IMG/VR virus record: IMGVR_UViG_3300026445_000027
Coordinates: 32,001 to 96,000 of that record
Source: a virus
Reading direction: 5' to 3' (one strand)
DNA: 64,000 bases
Shown here: positions 26,915-37,257 of the stretch, piece after piece
How positions within the stretch are numbered: position 1 is the stretch's first letter
Layout of the letters: every line of letters begins with the position of its first letter
Notes under the pieces: generated by a model
Database searches by the model: none
Told to the model about the DNA's origin: nothing
Seen by the model: only the letters and a program-made list of their open reading frames with translations
Translations under genes and position numbers: made by a program

Positions 26915-27196
26915 TCAAGACTTCTTACATTTGAAACGGATGGAGAAGTTACCTTTAGGTGTGCCAACACAAGTGTAGAAAATAGTACCGTCGTGCCCCA
27001 TTGGTTGTACCTGACCTACGGCCAGTTCCTCCAAGCTGGTATAACGCAGACCGCCATTACTCTCTACTCGTGTCCTGACGACATCTAGAGCTTCACTGCT
27101 CAGTCGCCCGTTGGTAATGACACTACCCTCCACAGGAAGCTCCCTGTCGAACAACAGATAGACGTCATGCATCATTGGGTTTTCTACTTCCGTCAT
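26915..27196 (-). CDS. Small hypothetical protein
   Basis: 93 aa, ATGA-coupled to the upstream head protein gene. Confidence 0.55.
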   Translation of the reverse strand: MTEVENPMMHDVYLLFDRELPVEGSVITNGRLSSEALDVVRTRVESNGGLRYTSLEELAVGQVQPMGHDGTIFYTCVGTPKGNFSIRFKCKKS

Positions 27197-28665
27197 TTCT
27201 TACCTTTGCCCTTACCCTTGACGGCTGGGGCTGGTGCAGCAGCTGGCTCAGTAGCAGCAGGCTTGTTCTCGTCGGTCTTGACCTCAGCATCTTTGCTGAA
27301 GATTTTCGGACCAATGCCTTTAATGCACTTCTTGATACCAGCGACGTATTTCTTCTGGGCCTGTGCGGCCTTACGGACTTCAGCCACTTTCTCTTTGGCC
27401 TTAGCGATTTTGTCAGATACGTTGGACTTGGCATTAGCTACCACGTCTTTGTTATCTGCCTTAGTGCTAGCGGCTTTGGTGTTAGCGGCTTTCAGTTCAT
27501 CATGGGCGGCTTTAGCAGCGTTGAGTTTCTCACCCAGCTTACCTTCTTTGGTCATCTGCTTGCTCAGCAGTGCCTGCAAGGCATCCAGTACACGACTAGC
27601 GTCAGCAGGGGTATTCAAGGTTTTAACAACCTTACCTACCGCACCAGTGGCATCAATACTGGCAGCCAGGGCGATGATACCCTTCTTAGCAGCATCGTTG
27701 ATCTGGACGTTTTTGTTTTCCATCGACTGGATGGCTTTCTTGTTGTTCTCCGCTACAGTCTCAACTTCCTTAGCGACCTCCTCGGCCTCCTCAGGAGAGA
27801 ACAACTCGAAGAAGCTAGCCAGGGCTTCTTTGATCCACTCGTAGGCTTTGGTACCCATCTCCTTGATGGAGTCGAGCATACCTTCCTCGTTACCCTGGTA
27901 AGCCGCCAGACGAATGTCGTTAGCGAACAGTACCCCGGCAGCATAACGAGCCGCCTCAGTACCCTCACGACCGCTGAGCAGGTCTTCCATGCCTTCTAGG
28001 ACTTTGATGGGGTGGTCCATCACACAACCACACTCACAGCCCTGGTGGCCACTGCACTCAACACCGGTAGTGAAATCCGGTACGTACATTGGGTACACGT
28101 CGTTGTAGTCAGCTGGGGCGTATTCTTCCATCCCAGCCAGCATGCCGTTGTGGGCGGTAACGAACACGTCTACCAGCTGGAGGATCTTGACACAGTACGA
28201 CAGATTACGAGTATAGAGTTCCAAGAAATCGGTCTCGATACCCTCGTCGAACTTTTCACGCATCGCGTCTACGAGTTGCTGTGCTTGTTCGATCCACAGG
28301 TTAACGCCGGCAGTGGAGTCACGCTCAGCTACCTTGTTACCGTAGGCACAGATCAGTGCAGCGATCTGGTGGGTGTCGTCTTTGGAACCGTTGGTGAAGT
28401 TGTAATGCAGTTCTACCAAGTAACGGTCCAACACTTGGTTGACTTCGAGTTCACTGGCATCGAAGTAATCGATCTCACGTTCAGCGCCATTCAAGATGCT
28501 GTGAGCGCGCTCGAGGATGTCTTCGTTGGTCCACTCAGCCCAGTTACCAAAATCGTAACCCAGTTGGTGAAGTGTGCGAATCAACACCGGGTTGGATTCT
28601 TGTGTGGGGCGGTTAGGGGATACCAGCAAAATGCCGAGTAATCCCAGTTCCCTTAATGCGCGCAT
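27193..28665 (-). CDS. Internal head/ejection protein with long propeptide
   Basis: 490 aa with several G-x-E sites ending in YQGNE-EG, then an amphipathic helix and an Ala/Lys-rich region. Confidence 0.65.
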   Translation of the reverse strand: MRALRELGLLGILLVSPNRPTQESNPVLIRTLHQLGYDFGNWAEWTNEDILERAHSILNGAEREIDYFDASELEVNQVLDRYLVELHYNFTNGSKDDTHQIAALICAYGNKVAERDSTAGVNLWIEQAQQLVDAMREKFDEGIETDFLELYTRNLSYCVKILQLVDVFVTAHNGMLAGMEEYAPADYNDVYPMYVPDFTTGVECSGHQGCECGCVMDHPIKVLEGMEDLLSGREGTEAARYAAGVLFANDIRLAAYQGNEEGMLDSIKEMGTKAYEWIKEALASFFELFSPEEAEEVAKEVETVAENNKKAIQSMENKNVQINDAAKKGIIALAASIDATGAVGKVVKTLNTPADASRVLDALQALLSKQMTKEGKLGEKLNAAKAAHDELKAANTKAASTKADNKDVVANAKSNVSDKIAKAKEKVAEVRKAAQAQKKYVAGIKKCIKGIGPKIFSKDAEVKTDENKPAATEPAAAPAPAVKGKGKGKK

Positions 28666-28797
28666 AGCTTATCCTTTGATTAAAGCCCCTAGGAGGGGCC
28701 TTATAAACGTTTTAGTGCGTTATCAGTACCATTTATCAAACTGATAGAGATAACACACCACAAGAGGCTTTACGGGGCTTATAACCCACGCCTGGAG

Positions 28798-29883
28798 TTA
28801 TTTAAGATCCTTGTCCACACTTTGGTTGTACACGACACCAGTGCACCCAATAGTGGCGGCAGCGCGAATGCACTTAGCGATCAGTTCCTGGAGGAAACTC
28901 AAGTTAGCCATAGCGGTGGTAACCATCGACTTAACACCGCTAGCAACGAGTTTAGCACCAGTCGAATCTTTAACGTCTAACGAACTGGCAAACTTGATGG
29001 ACTCGTTCAGACCTTTCACCACATTCGTTTCCATGTCGGTGATTTTCTTGGTAGCGTCACTAGACAACTTGTTACTAGCGCGGGCTGCTTTAAGTACAGC
29101 CAGGTTACCAGCAGCAGTGGGCTGGAACTTAAGGGTAACTCCTTTCTTGGCCTTGGTGATCTTGCCATTGGCACGGCCGATCAGTTTACCGTTATCTGCA
29201 ATATCCAGGACCACACCACCAATGAACGGGCCATCCTTAAACAGCTTGTTGATAGCACTGATATGCTCGGAGCGGGCTTTGTCCATGTCTTCTTTGGCAT
29301 TGGACAACATGCCGTCTTTAACGTTAACGTTAATGTGGTTAACGTCGTCGATGTATTTCTGTACTTCTTTGAGGTAAGGTTCCAGTTGCTTGGTAATCAC
29401 CTCGTTAACTTTAGACAGGGATTTAGTTACCCAGCCAATGTCGCTACCGGGATTACCGGAACCATCCCAAATACGGGTATAGTCTTTAGGGTAGGGAACT
29501 GGATCCTTGTCTACCCCTTTTACTTCAATCGCTTTCTCGGCTTTCTCAGTAGTGCGCTCGATTTGTGCGGAGCTGTTGCCGAAGAAGCTAAAGATCCATT
29601 TGAAAAACTTCTTGATGTTTTCGATGAAGGCATTAAAGCCTTTACCGATAGTCTCGAAGAAACCTTCGTTACCATCTACCCGACGTGGTTGTACACGGGC
29701 TTCCTGGATAATGAAACGATAGAAACTTTCAGTACCAGTTACGTCACCTTTGTCGTCATATTCCTTAGAAAGATCATCTTCATCTTTCTCTGGGAGTTCT
29801 GGTTCTTTAGTCTGGGACTGTTCCCAGACTTCCATTACGGTTGGCGTGTTCACAAAGCGTAACGGGGCTACGTATTCAGACAT
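28798..29883 (-). CDS. Internal head/ejection protein
   Basis: Start moved to the ATG at 29883 (MSEYV; AGGA SD). Acidic propeptide with GTE/GNE, then GFFETIGKGF...FFKWIFSFF. Confidence 0.7.
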   Translation of the reverse strand: MSEYVAPLRFVNTPTVMEVWEQSQTKEPELPEKDEDDLSKEYDDKGDVTGTESFYRFIIQEARVQPRRVDGNEGFFETIGKGFNAFIENIKKFFKWIFSFFGNSSAQIERTTEKAEKAIEVKGVDKDPVPYPKDYTRIWDGSGNPGSDIGWVTKSLSKVNEVITKQLEPYLKEVQKYIDDVNHINVNVKDGMLSNAKEDMDKARSEHISAINKLFKDGPFIGGVVLDIADNGKLIGRANGKITKAKKGVTLKFQPTAAGNLAVLKAARASNKLSSDATKKITDMETNVVKGLNESIKFASSLDVKDSTGAKLVASGVKSMVTTAMANLSFLQELIAKCIRAAATIGCTGVVYNQSVDKDLK

Positions 29884-29936
29884 GTTTGTTATCCTGGTAA
29901 TTGGACGATAGCGACCTATAGCATTTAAGCGAAAAT

Positions 29937-29987
29937 GCAAAAAAAAGAAATATAATAACCTACCAGCCCCGAAGGACTGGTAGGTTA
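29937..29987 (-). terminator. Terminator with UUCG loop
   Basis: Stem TAACCTACCAG.CC/GG.CTGGTAGGTTA, with a T-tract downstream on the minus strand. Confidence 0.8.
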
Positions 29988-30009
29988 CCATTAAGGGTTA
30001 AGCCGAAGC

Positions 30010-31293
30010 TTATTCCTTGCCGAAGCCCAGGTGAGCAGCAACGGCGTCCAGGGTGGCGCCAGCGACGTTGACAGTGTCACGCTCGCCAACAGCGGTCAGC
30101 TTGGCAGCCAGGGCGAAGACGGCCTTAACGATGGCCACTTTACCGTTGACTTCCGAGGACTTGTCGCCGTCAGCAGCTTTGACGTTGTTCAGCTTGCCGA
30201 TGATCTGGTCGCGGGTGGTGTTGGTGAACTGGCCTTTCAGCTTGTTCTCGCGGATCGCGGCGATCTTGGCCTTGACGCTGTCCAGAGCGGAGATCAGGCC
30301 AGACTTGTCAGCCTTGGCAGCAACTTCGCCCGAGGACAGTTTCTTGGCTTCTGGAGCTTTGCCAACAGACAGGGAAACCGAACGGATGGCCGAAGCGGCG
30401 TCGTTAAGGGATTCCATGGTAGGCTCGCTGAAGGAAGCGACCAGACGAACACCGGCCGACTGCGAGACCAGCAGGTCTTTGGAACCTTGCTTCTTGGCGT
30501 TGTACTTGCCGAAGGCAGTGGCGTCGGCTTTCAGGCCGGATACCAGGGTGCCGTAGGCAGACTTCACACCGCCCAGCTCGATGCCATCAACTTTGCCAGC
30601 TTCTGCTACCAGAGCAGCGATACCGGCGTCGGTACCGGCGGTGGTGCCTTTGTTGCGCTTGGAGACGCCACCCAGGCCAGCCGAGGCGTAGTCGATGTAG
30701 ACGTTCCAGCCGCCCAGCTTGATTTTCTTCTTGATGGCAGCGCCATCGTTGATGCGCTTGCGCAGTTGCTCGGCGCGACGCTGCAGACCATCAGCCTTCG
30801 AAACGATGGAGACGAAGAAGTTGATGATGGTGTTGAAGATGTGCTTGATGAAGTTGACGGCTTTGGTACCCCAGTTCTTCAGGGTTTCGCCGATAGCTTC
30901 GATACCAGCACGGGCCATCAGGTTGGCGTTGGCGATGTCGCCCATCGATTCGGCGCCGACACGCTCACCGGTGAACTCGCAACCCAGCTTGGCGGCAGTG
31001 CGCAGAGCACGGTTGTAGGTGTTGGTGAAGCTGATCGAGTTGAAGTTGCCGGAGTTCAGCATCGACTCCATGCCTTCTACAGCTTCTTCCAGCTCTTCAA
31101 CCGCTTCTTCGGTGGCTTCGACGTGGTCGGCCAGCTTTTCGATTTCAGCGGTTTGCTCTTCGATGACCGCGGTCAGTTCGGCGATCTCGGTCGCTACTTG
31201 CGCCTCGGCCACGTCACCGACGACTTCGGAGTGCTGGCCTTCTTCGTTCAGGCCCAGTTCTTCGGCGCCCATGTAATTCAGGAGAGGATCCAT
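30010..31293 (-). CDS. Abundant internal head protein (phiKZ gp93-like family)
   Basis: 427 aa with strong codon bias, a Glu-rich propeptide with GAE/GME/GAE/GIE, then an amphipathic helix. Confidence 0.75.
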   Translation of the reverse strand: MDPLLNYMGAEELGLNEEGQHSEVVGDVAEAQVATEIAELTAVIEEQTAEIEKLADHVEATEEAVEELEEAVEGMESMLNSGNFNSISFTNTYNRALRTAAKLGCEFTGERVGAESMGDIANANLMARAGIEAIGETLKNWGTKAVNFIKHIFNTIINFFVSIVSKADGLQRRAEQLRKRINDGAAIKKKIKLGGWNVYIDYASAGLGGVSKRNKGTTAGTDAGIAALVAEAGKVDGIELGGVKSAYGTLVSGLKADATAFGKYNAKKQGSKDLLVSQSAGVRLVASFSEPTMESLNDAASAIRSVSLSVGKAPEAKKLSSGEVAAKADKSGLISALDSVKAKIAAIRENKLKGQFTNTTRDQIIGKLNNVKAADGDKSSEVNGKVAIVKAVFALAAKLTAVGERDTVNVAGATLDAVAAHLGFGKE

Positions 31294-31341
31294 GTTGTTA
31301 CCCTTTTTCGTTAACGAAGGAAAAGTGTGTTTGGAAACGTT

Positions 31342-32346
31342 TCACACAAAGACACCCAGCACACCATGAATGTACCGGTCAGTATAGCTGATCACCCGAG
31401 GAGTGAATCCGCTATAAAATGCGAGAGCATCTGAATCACCACCTAATAAACGTTCAACGTCTTTCAGGGCGCTCTTACTTACCTTGTCCAAATTACCTAA
31501 GCTAGGCTCTACAGCTTTCACCATGTCGCCCCAGGATTTGATGAAACCCAGATAACTTTCAAAGTTCGCTTTAAAGCGTTTGTGCATACCATTGACTTTA
31601 TCGAGTCTAACGAGCAAAGAGCTCACATCAGATTTCGACATTTCAACAGTCGCTGGTGACCCAGCTGTAGTGTCCCCGTTCATAAGATATTTAGTATTCG
31701 ATTCATCGAACACCATTACCTTACCGCCAGGCAGCTTATCGGAGCTGTACTCACTACCACTATGGTGGCTAAAGTTAAGCACCGGGTACTTCAAGGCGTT
31801 GTGTTTATCTATGATCTCGTACAGGTCTTCGGTGGTATCTGCATTACGCAACCCACGCAGTACACCCATACGTGCATCCAAATGGTCCAGGACTGCCTTG
31901 GCGTGCTTGTCCACTAACTCCAGGGTATGGAGCAGTGTGTCCAGGTCTTTACTGATGTCCTCGTGGTCGCCGCCACTAGTGATAAGGTTGAGCTTATCCT
32001 TAGTGATCTTGACCTCGTGAGCATCAGACCGTGAGAACTGTTGGAGGATCTTGCGGATCAACACATCGTTATCAGCGAAAGCCTTAGACAACAAGTTACC
32101 AGCCCCACCTAGTACGTTGGCAAAGGCACTAACGGTTTTACCGCCTACCCAACCAACAGTAGTAAGTAGACCACCACCCAAACTACCCATGCCATTTACC
32201 AGGGTCCCCAATACTTCTGTCAGAGCCTCATTACCGGTTACTGCTTCGTGGACAGCCACGTGTAGCTTTTGCAGACCGTTATTGAACTCTAGCAGCTCCA
32301 AATGGGTTTCCATGCCCTGGATGTAAAGTTGCTTTAACTCACTCAT
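31342..32346 (-). CDS. Internal head protein
   Basis: 334 aa with GME/GNE sites followed by a Gly-rich hydrophobic helix; GGAGG SD. Confidence 0.65.
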   Translation of the reverse strand: MSELKQLYIQGMETHLELLEFNNGLQKLHVAVHEAVTGNEALTEVLGTLVNGMGSLGGGLLTTVGWVGGKTVSAFANVLGGAGNLLSKAFADNDVLIRKILQQFSRSDAHEVKITKDKLNLITSGGDHEDISKDLDTLLHTLELVDKHAKAVLDHLDARMGVLRGLRNADTTEDLYEIIDKHNALKYPVLNFSHHSGSEYSSDKLPGGKVMVFDESNTKYLMNGDTTAGSPATVEMSKSDVSSLLVRLDKVNGMHKRFKANFESYLGFIKSWGDMVKAVEPSLGNLDKVSKSALKDVERLLGGDSDALAFYSGFTPRVISYTDRYIHGVLGVFV

Positions 32347-32354
32347 GTAACCTC

Positions 32355-33662
32355 CTAGTCGGAAAGGTTAGCGGTGATGGAAGTGTTGCAGATTTCGATG
32401 AGTCCGTTGAACACCAGGACCAGGTAGTTGTTTACCGCCGCACGGTTAGTGAGCAGGTCTACTTGGTTCTTACGTACCAGCGAGGCAAATGCGGTCTGTA
32501 CCTTGTCTTTCATTTCGTCAGACATCGGCGACTCGTAGATACCCCGCATGACGTCGTTGAACTCCGAGTCATCCACTTTGTAGCGGTCGATCAGGTCAGC
32601 AGCTTTACGCCAGCTAACCAAAGTACCGCGCAGGGATTTGACCAGACTGCGAATAGTGTCACTCGACAGGGTCTTGATCTCGGTGCCGATTTTCGGGTAT
32701 TCAACTGGAGAACTGTTGAAGAACTCCACACCATCCAGGTCGATCAATGCATGGACGTAGCCCACCACCTGTTCCACGTTAGTGGGGTTGGTGTTCTTAC
32801 GTTCATTACGCTTGTCCAAGAAGTAAGCACCGCCCATCAACTCGACGGACTGCTTAGCCACCACGTTACCAGTGGTGAACTCCTTATTGGGATACGAGCA
32901 CTCTTTGAAGCGATTCGACGGCACAGCTTTAGGCAGCAAGAGGAAACGCTGCACAGCCTGGTCATCGTTGTCGTCAGCAAAGCCACCGAAATAGCGCACA
33001 GTGTTGTTCAACGCCGTGTTGCTAGCCAGGTAGTAGTTGTTGCTCAGCGCATTGATAGTCGCATTCAGCTTGGTGACACTACCGATCCAGTCCTCGTTTA
33101 CCTTACCGCCAATCTTGAACAGATTGAACAGGCGGGTGCCCAGGAGGATGGTGTCAGTACCAGCCTTAAACGTACCGGCGGACTCGACGTCTTTTTCCAG
33201 CAGGTCCAGCAAAGCATTCAGGGAGTCTACCGACTGAGTAAACAGCAGGTAAGACTCCTGGAAGCCAATACTGATGTGCGCAGTGATTTCCTTAGCCTTA
33301 CGGTAGAAGTCACCCAGGAACGATTCACAGCCCTGCATACGCGTTTTACGGAATACCGCTGGCGACAGACTGCGACCAAGGCATTCGAAGCCCTGGACGT
33401 CTCCCAGATCGTCTGCGGGGATGTCTACATCGGACCGGGTCAGCTGGTTGTCGATTTGCTTGGCCAGGGTAAGGTTAATACCGTGGTCATTCAACGACAC
33501 CAATACCTTCTTGGCTACTGTTACCCGGTCTTTGTCTCCATCCAGCTTTTCTTGCAGCTGCTGGAGTTGGGCAGTGTCCTTGGCTTTCTCTACTAACTCA
33601 GCAGATTTAACCGTGGAGATCACCGCCATTTCAGCAGCTAGTTGCAGATCACTGTTCGACAT
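32355..33662 (-). CDS. Internal head protein (phiKZ gp92-like by synteny)
   Basis: 435 aa with GFE/GCE sites; GGAGG SD. Confidence 0.6.
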   Translation of the reverse strand: MSNSDLQLAAEMAVISTVKSAELVEKAKDTAQLQQLQEKLDGDKDRVTVAKKVLVSLNDHGINLTLAKQIDNQLTRSDVDIPADDLGDVQGFECLGRSLSPAVFRKTRMQGCESFLGDFYRKAKEITAHISIGFQESYLLFTQSVDSLNALLDLLEKDVESAGTFKAGTDTILLGTRLFNLFKIGGKVNEDWIGSVTKLNATINALSNNYYLASNTALNNTVRYFGGFADDNDDQAVQRFLLLPKAVPSNRFKECSYPNKEFTTGNVVAKQSVELMGGAYFLDKRNERKNTNPTNVEQVVGYVHALIDLDGVEFFNSSPVEYPKIGTEIKTLSSDTIRSLVKSLRGTLVSWRKAADLIDRYKVDDSEFNDVMRGIYESPMSDEMKDKVQTAFASLVRKNQVDLLTNRAAVNNYLVLVFNGLIEICNTSITANLSD

Positions 33663-34161
33663 AGTAGGTGCCTCCGCCCAAGAGCAGGAAGATCCTGGCT
33701 ACTTCCAAGGTACCGACACCTGCCATCAAGCGGTAGAGGTCGAAGTGGTACAGTTGCAGGCCTTGCTTGATCAGTGGGTCGATCGAGCTGCTGCCGTGAC
33801 TGGTGGTAACGTAAACAGCGTCGTGGTAATGGTTGGCATTACGCAGCCGTTCTTCGTGCATGGTGATCGCTGTACGCAGAGACATGTGCCCGATCTTACC
33901 GTTGAGGTAGTTCAGGATATCCCGCACCAGGCCAGACAATGGACCTTCAGCGTTAACACGCATCCAGTCAGCAAAGTCATCACCAGTCAGACGACGTACC
34001 GCGCGAATAACTTCGATCGCAGTGTAGCCTTTCAGCAGCACGTTGAAATCGACGTAAGCATCACGACGCAAGGCCACGAAATTACGGAAGAGACCTGTGG
34101 CTTCCGCATCTGTAACCTGGTCGTTGAAGAACCCGTTGGTTCCCATACGGAAGCTGGTCAT
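33649..34161 (-). CDS. Virion head protein (phiKZ gp91-like by synteny)
   Basis: 170 aa, coupled to its neighbours. Confidence 0.55.
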   Translation of the reverse strand: MTSFRMGTNGFFNDQVTDAEATGLFRNFVALRRDAYVDFNVLLKGYTAIEVIRAVRRLTGDDFADWMRVNAEGPLSGLVRDILNYLNGKIGHMSLRTAITMHEERLRNANHYHDAVYVTTSHGSSSIDPLIKQGLQLYHFDLYRLMAGVGTLEVARIFLLLGGGTYYVEQ

Positions 34162-35048
34162 CAGTCGTAACTCCGGATGATTTGCTCGATGGCGTGTTCG
34201 TTCTTGATGATTTTCTCTTGATAGATCTCAATGGTGCGATCGATCTGAGGATCATTGGTGCCATCACGCCGGTTGATAGCCTGGGAGATTTTCATGGCGT
34301 GCTGTTGGTTTTTAGCACGCATGTTGTCGATCCGAGCCAGGTTGATGTTTTTCATACCCAGGCCGATCCAGAACAGTGGGTTCAGGTTGTGGATACCAAA
34401 ACCTTTACCGACCATATCGGTGGCGCTCTTACCGGTGGTGGACTCGAGCACGTCGATCGACACTTCGGAGATCTCTGCGTCTGGAACTTTCTCCAGGGTG
34501 GAGATCATCATCTTGCTGCCTTTCAGGAGCTCGACGGTGAAGTGCTTGTAGAACTCCTGGGTGCCGTTCAACCATTTCTGGTCGTGGCCGCTCAGGTACT
34601 TGGCTGGGTCTACCTTGTTCAGCTGAATGGTCAGCAGGACATCGAGGATCTTGCTGGTGTACTCACCCCAGAAATAGAAGTGTTCTACCAGGTTGAGGAT
34701 GTTAGCCTGCTTGAGGGTAACCAGCTTGCCATCCCACACCTTGGTGTTGTAATGACGAACCATTTTCTCAACCGCCATCACCCCGATCTTGATAGCCGAC
34801 AGACCGAACTCCAGGTTGTGCAGGAACGATGAACCACGGAAACCCTTGTCCTGGGTGTAGCGGTGGATAGCCTTGGTCAGGTACCACTCGTCGGCGATAC
34901 CGTTGATCACGCCATCCATGTTGTTGGCTTTGAGCTGGTCGATGTTGCCGAGCAGATCGTTTACGCTTACGCTGATAGCGGCCAGCAGACCGTACAGTTC
35001 CGACTCGGTGAAGGTTTTCACCTTACCAGTGTAAGACAGAATATCCAT
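34161..35048 (-). CDS. Virion inner-head protein (phiKZ gp90-like by synteny)
   Basis: 295-aa helical ORF with a TAATG overlap. Confidence 0.6.
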   Translation of the reverse strand: MDILSYTGKVKTFTESELYGLLAAISVSVNDLLGNIDQLKANNMDGVINGIADEWYLTKAIHRYTQDKGFRGSSFLHNLEFGLSAIKIGVMAVEKMVRHYNTKVWDGKLVTLKQANILNLVEHFYFWGEYTSKILDVLLTIQLNKVDPAKYLSGHDQKWLNGTQEFYKHFTVELLKGSKMMISTLEKVPDAEISEVSIDVLESTTGKSATDMVGKGFGIHNLNPLFWIGLGMKNINLARIDNMRAKNQQHAMKISQAINRRDGTNDPQIDRTIEIYQEKIIKNEHAIEQIIRSYD

Positions 35049-36157
35049 TACATACCCCCGTTCAGCAGCTTGACGAGATCAGCGAAGCTGCTCGAGCCCA
35101 TATCTTTTTTGCTCTTCAGCGCGATGTCCTTGCGGGTGTAAACCTCAGGACGCGACTGACCGTGCGTGTAGAAAGTGAAAATGCCGCGGTCTTCGTTGCA
35201 CACTACGATGGTGTTGGCTTTGACGGCCTTGAAGATTTCATTACGCGAGTTCGCATCGGAGAACCGGCGACCAATGGACAGTTCCAGTTGGTTGGCAGTG
35301 TCCTGCGAGAAAATGAACGAGTTGGCCAACGAGTTAACCGAGATCACACCGGTACGCACGGCTTCCATACGGTTGCCTGCTTCGTTTTTCATGGCCTCGC
35401 GGTAATACCCGGACATGTCCTCGTTCTTGATCTTGAAGCGCTCTTTGATAATGTCCTTACCAGAGAGCAGATCAGGAATGGTGATCTCCTTGGTTTCTAC
35501 CATGGTGAAGCGACCCCAGAAGGAATCGTCATTTTTGGCAGAGGAGAAAATACGAGTCAGGTCACTGGAGTTCACCGGTACCGGGATCTGACGGAAGGTC
35601 AGTGGGAACTCGATGTCCTTACCACTAGCGGTAGGCAGGGTAGCGATTACCGTACGACCAACAGCCAGCGGAGTGTACTCACTCAGGTCGGGCATGTTCT
35701 TACCGTTGACCGAGATAGTAGGAACGAAGTTTTTCTCTTCCTCTTCCTTCTGCTCTTTGGTCTTGATATTTTTGTCGTACGCTTCAATACCGGCCAATGC
35801 CATGAGACCAGCACGCTTAGGGTTTACCGAACCGATGAGGTTGGAAACCTTGACACCCATGGCTACCGAAGACTCCAGCGACAGGTGGGTCAGGGTAGCG
35901 ACGATGTCGCGCAGGTTAACGATCTGGATGAGATCGTTCATGTATTCTTGGTGGATGCTAGCGGCCTCAATTACCACCATAGGGGCGATAATTGCACGGT
36001 TTGCGCTCTCGTGTACCGAGCGCGTACTTACCACATTGTATGCTTGTCTGGCTTGACCAGTAGCCTCTACTACGGCCCCGATATCTTTGTTGTCGGGGTA
36101 GATTCTGGAAGCCAGGCCCAGAAACATCGATCCCAGGTTCAACGCTGCGGAGATCAT
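35048..36157 (-). CDS. Virion inner-head protein (phiKZ gp89-like by synteny)
   Basis: 369 aa with a GAGG SD and an internal AGIE site followed by a charged linker. Confidence 0.6.
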   Translation of the reverse strand: MISAALNLGSMFLGLASRIYPDNKDIGAVVEATGQARQAYNVVSTRSVHESANRAIIAPMVVIEAASIHQEYMNDLIQIVNLRDIVATLTHLSLESSVAMGVKVSNLIGSVNPKRAGLMALAGIEAYDKNIKTKEQKEEEEKNFVPTISVNGKNMPDLSEYTPLAVGRTVIATLPTASGKDIEFPLTFRQIPVPVNSSDLTRIFSSAKNDDSFWGRFTMVETKEITIPDLLSGKDIIKERFKIKNEDMSGYYREAMKNEAGNRMEAVRTGVISVNSLANSFIFSQDTANQLELSIGRRFSDANSRNEIFKAVKANTIVVCNEDRGIFTFYTHGQSRPEVYTRKDIALKSKKDMGSSSFADLVKLLNGGM

Positions 36158-36189
36158 TGGGTTTACCTCTATTTTTAAGAGAATCGTTT

Positions 36190-37257
36190 ATGGCAGATAA
36201 TCCAACGAGTGGTTGGTTTGACGGAACACCAGGTAACGCAAAACCTGCCAGTAATTTAACTCCACAGTCTTTCGAAGACTACATGGACTTTGCACTGCGA
36301 GAGAACGGAGGGCCTGGTTATCGGTCAGTCCTCGTTAACTTGTTGCGCGGAGCTAGGATTTTGGGCCCTGGGAACCAACAGGCCCCCATCCCCGACGACA
36401 CCATAGGATTAGTCTTCATGAACCGTCCGTGCTTGAATTTATCGGACAGTAACATCGAAGAACACCCGCAATTACTGTCTTATATCAGCCCGCCACAAAA
36501 CAGTCTCAACTCGTACATTAAAGGCTTGTTGGATCCTAACTGGGCTAAGGGCAACAGTGGTCTGGTGGAGTGGCTTGACCCACTTTATCCATGGATCGCT
36601 CCAGTTAGTAATTTGGTTAAAGTGTGCAGTGGCTTCCCAGACGTTAGTCTTAACGTAGCTCGTAGCACGCCAGGTATTCGTAAAGAGGTCTACCAATACG
36701 TCGACGGCATCTTAGCTGTCAACGGTGACTTCGATATGTCGTTGTCGTTCTATCCATTAAAGCATAACCTGCTGGCTACTATCTTCGATGTGTGGAACCA
36801 CTACATTGATGGTGTGTCTACAGGTGACACTGGGATGGAGCCTTACTCGGAAGCACTGATTCAGAACTACCGAGATTACGACTGTACTATCTTTACCGTT
36901 ATCATGAATAAAAACATGCGTAACGTTGAGGGCATTTATAACAACTTCTATTGCTGGCCTAACACTTTCCCGAGTGGGGCATTCAGTGCGGTAGACCGTA
37001 CCCAAGACACCTTGCGTGGTCAGGGGCAGGACGAACTCGAGATCCGGTTCCCTAGTGTTGGGTTCCGGTATAACAACCTTAAAGTAGTGGACCGGTTCAA
37101 CCGTATTACTCTGGCGTTCAATCCTAACATGAGTCCCGACCTGCGGGAGCAGAACTACAAGAAGTTAGATGTGGCCGAGTACTTTGCGGGCGGTTACCAC
37201 GCCTATCCATGGATCAACCCACTGAACATGGAAATGGAATACTGGAGCGCTAAATAA
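36190..37257 (+). CDS. Virion baseplate/tail protein (phiKZ gp88-like by synteny)
   Basis: Start moved to the ATG at 36190 (MADNP); divergent from the head operon. Confidence 0.6.
   Translation: MADNPTSGWFDGTPGNAKPASNLTPQSFEDYMDFALRENGGPGYRSVLVNLLRGARILGPGNQQAPIPDDTIGLVFMNRPCLNLSDSNIEEHPQLLSYISPPQNSLNSYIKGLLDPNWAKGNSGLVEWLDPLYPWIAPVSNLVKVCSGFPDVSLNVARSTPGIRKEVYQYVDGILAVNGDFDMSLSFYPLKHNLLATIFDVWNHYIDGVSTGDTGMEPYSEALIQNYRDYDCTIFTVIMNKNMRNVEGIYNNFYCWPNTFPSGAFSAVDRTQDTLRGQGQDELEIRFPSVGFRYNNLKVVDRFNRITLAFNPNMSPDLREQNYKKLDVAEYFAGGYHAYPWINPLNMEMEYWSAK

Noticed and set aside
26860-26970. N-terminal extensions given by the ORF track (also at 19042, 29991, 36157, 44363, 48164, 15486 and 9404)
   Set aside because: They run through hairpins, terminators or neighbouring genes, and downstream ATGs generally have better SDs or context.
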